From NCBI RefSeq assembly GCF_964213995.1, contig NC_135804.1, forward strand, positions 69,564,001-69,628,000: a stretch of DNA of 64,000 bases, given 5' to 3'. The notes beneath the pieces were generated by a model. That model had not been told where the DNA came from. It did no database searches and saw nothing but the letters and a program-made list of their open reading frames with translations. Numbering within the stretch: position 1 is the stretch's first letter; every line of letters begins with the position of its first letter. This document shows positions 62,150-64,000 of the stretch, piece by piece. Made by a program: the position numbers and the translations under genes. The DNA comes from Mustelus asterias. Lineage: Eukaryota.

Positions 62150-64000
62150 AGCTCATCAAACATTCGAAGCAATGTTAGATCGTGCAGTGTCATCCAATAT
62201 CCCCTCGAAATGGAAATATATGTTAAAGCTGCTCCCTGGATGACAACAGAGGCAGAGATTAAGATGAAGATTGAAAAGAATTATACGCGTATGACAGATG
62301 TCAGGTGGGTAATATAATGGAGAACCAGATTGAATATAAAAAGTTCAGACGTGGAGTGACAAAGCAAATCAACAGAAGCAAAGAAGAAGTGTGAAAAGAG
62401 ACTGGCAGATCAAATAGAAGGAATACAAATGTATTGTGTAGGCATATAAATAAGATAAGTTTGGTAAAAGAGGAGTTGTACTGATTGCGGGCCAAAATGG
62501 GAATTTGTGCTTGGAGACCAGAGAGGGAGGGGCTGAGGAATTAAAGAGAGGAAATTGGTGATTATTCATACACCATAAGGATTTAAGATTGATAAAGAAG
62601 GTGGATTCGGTAGACTGTCACATTTAAATGCACCAGGGCAGTATGAGATGTATGGAAGGATACTGAGATAGGTGTGAGGGGAAATGGCAGATGCACTGGT
62701 TATAATTTTCCATTCTTTCTCAAATCAGGAATGGTGGCAGAAGGCTAGAAATTTGCGAATTGAACATTTGTTCAAAAACTAGTTGAAAGATCATTCCAAC
62801 AACTCTTGACCTTGCAGTTGAACTTCCGTGGAGGGAAAACTTCCAAACACAATAACGCAGTTCAACTGTGGTAAATTTAGAAAGAAAATCAGAACGGATT
62901 TTGTCAGGGAAAATCGTGTGTAACGAACTTCCTGGATTTTTTTAAGAAGTAAGAGAGGGTTGATGAGTGAAATTTTGTTGAAGTGGTGCACATGGATATG
63001 CAAAAACAATTGTAATACTTTTGCATAACAGACCTGTGAACAAACTCATATCTATTGTAATAAAAGGGAAAGTAACAACATGGATACAGAATTGACTGAG
63101 TAACAAGAAACAGGGAAAACTAGTTGATTTTGTTTTTTTTTTAAGGCAGGAGAAACATTGTTATTCGAGATCCCCGCGTGTCAGTGTTGGGACACTATAT
63201 GCATTAATAACACAGGTTTTGGTGTACAGGGCACTATTTCACCATTTGCGGATCAAACACAAATATGAAGTAATGTGACGTTTCAGAAGGATAATTAGGA
63301 ACCTTAAACCGGGCATATAGAAGTTTGTGGAAAGGGTAGGTGGCTGCCAGATGAGCGTCAATGAAGAGAAATATTCATTTACATTGGTAGTAGAACATAA
63401 AGGGTACAACTCTGATGCAGACACCGGAGCAGAGGAAGATCGATATATAAATGCCTAAGTCATTGACGATGGCGGAATGAGAGCGGTGTACATAAAATAT
63501 ATAGTATCTAAGGCATTCTTAATAAGGACATAGAATAGAAGAAAAAGGTACATACGTTGAACTTGTCTCAGGCATCGTTGCGACCTCAGATGGATATTAT
63601 GTTGAGTTCTGGGTACCATAGCTTAGGAAAAATATGAAGACATTGGAGAGAGTGCGGAAAAGATTCACGAGAACGATTCTTGGGTTGAGGAATTTCATTT
63701 AAGATGATATAAATGTCTGGACTGTTTTCCTTAGCAAAAAGAACACTGAGATGAGATTTGATCGAGGTATTTAAAATTATCAATGGTCTGAACAGAGTAT
63801 TTCAAGAAAAACCCTTAAATTAATGAAAGGTTGGAAAAAGAGGTGGGACAAATTGAAAGTAATTCGTAAAATAAGCAAAACCGACACGACGACATTTTTT
63901 TCACGCAGGGGATGATTCAATTCTTTCACGCAGGAAAACGTTTGACGCAGGGAGGTTCAATCACAGCATTCAAAATAGAGTCAGATTGCTATTTGAAACA
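62150..64000 (+). mobile_element. very old CR1 remnant (another piece at ~59990-60465)
   Basis: degenerate ORF2 motifs throughout. Confidence 0.7.

Overview
Repeat-rich vertebrate genomic DNA, almost certainly cartilaginous fish (shark): it carries many HE1/V-SINE-type SINEs with CR1-derived tails and CR1 LINEs. No intact host gene is recognisable. The host component is a decayed minus-strand cluster of Ig-superfamily receptor pseudogene pieces (leader+V exon at ~24 kb; C1-TM-cytoplasmic exons at 56-59 kb; TM/ITIM exons at 51-52 kb), plus a possible spliced pseudogene of unknown family (7.3-9.6 kb). The centre is one 20.3-kb nested insertion: a Penelope element (11-bp TSD, inverted and direct pLTRs, U3-A8 hammerhead ribozyme variants). 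It contains a very young 10.76-kb class I (gamma/epsilon-like) endogenous retrovirus with two 717-bp LTRs that look identical, a 4.74-kb Gypsy element with no tRNA PBS, and two SINEs. The ERV has an open 1450-aa Pol with an extra domain between protease and RT bearing two H-x-T motifs (a 2H phosphodiesterase-like module). It also has a long open, CUG-startable extension in front of Gag, a frameshifted gag, and an env split by one TAA that sits inside a hairpin. All calls come from reading the sequence by eye; no searches were run.
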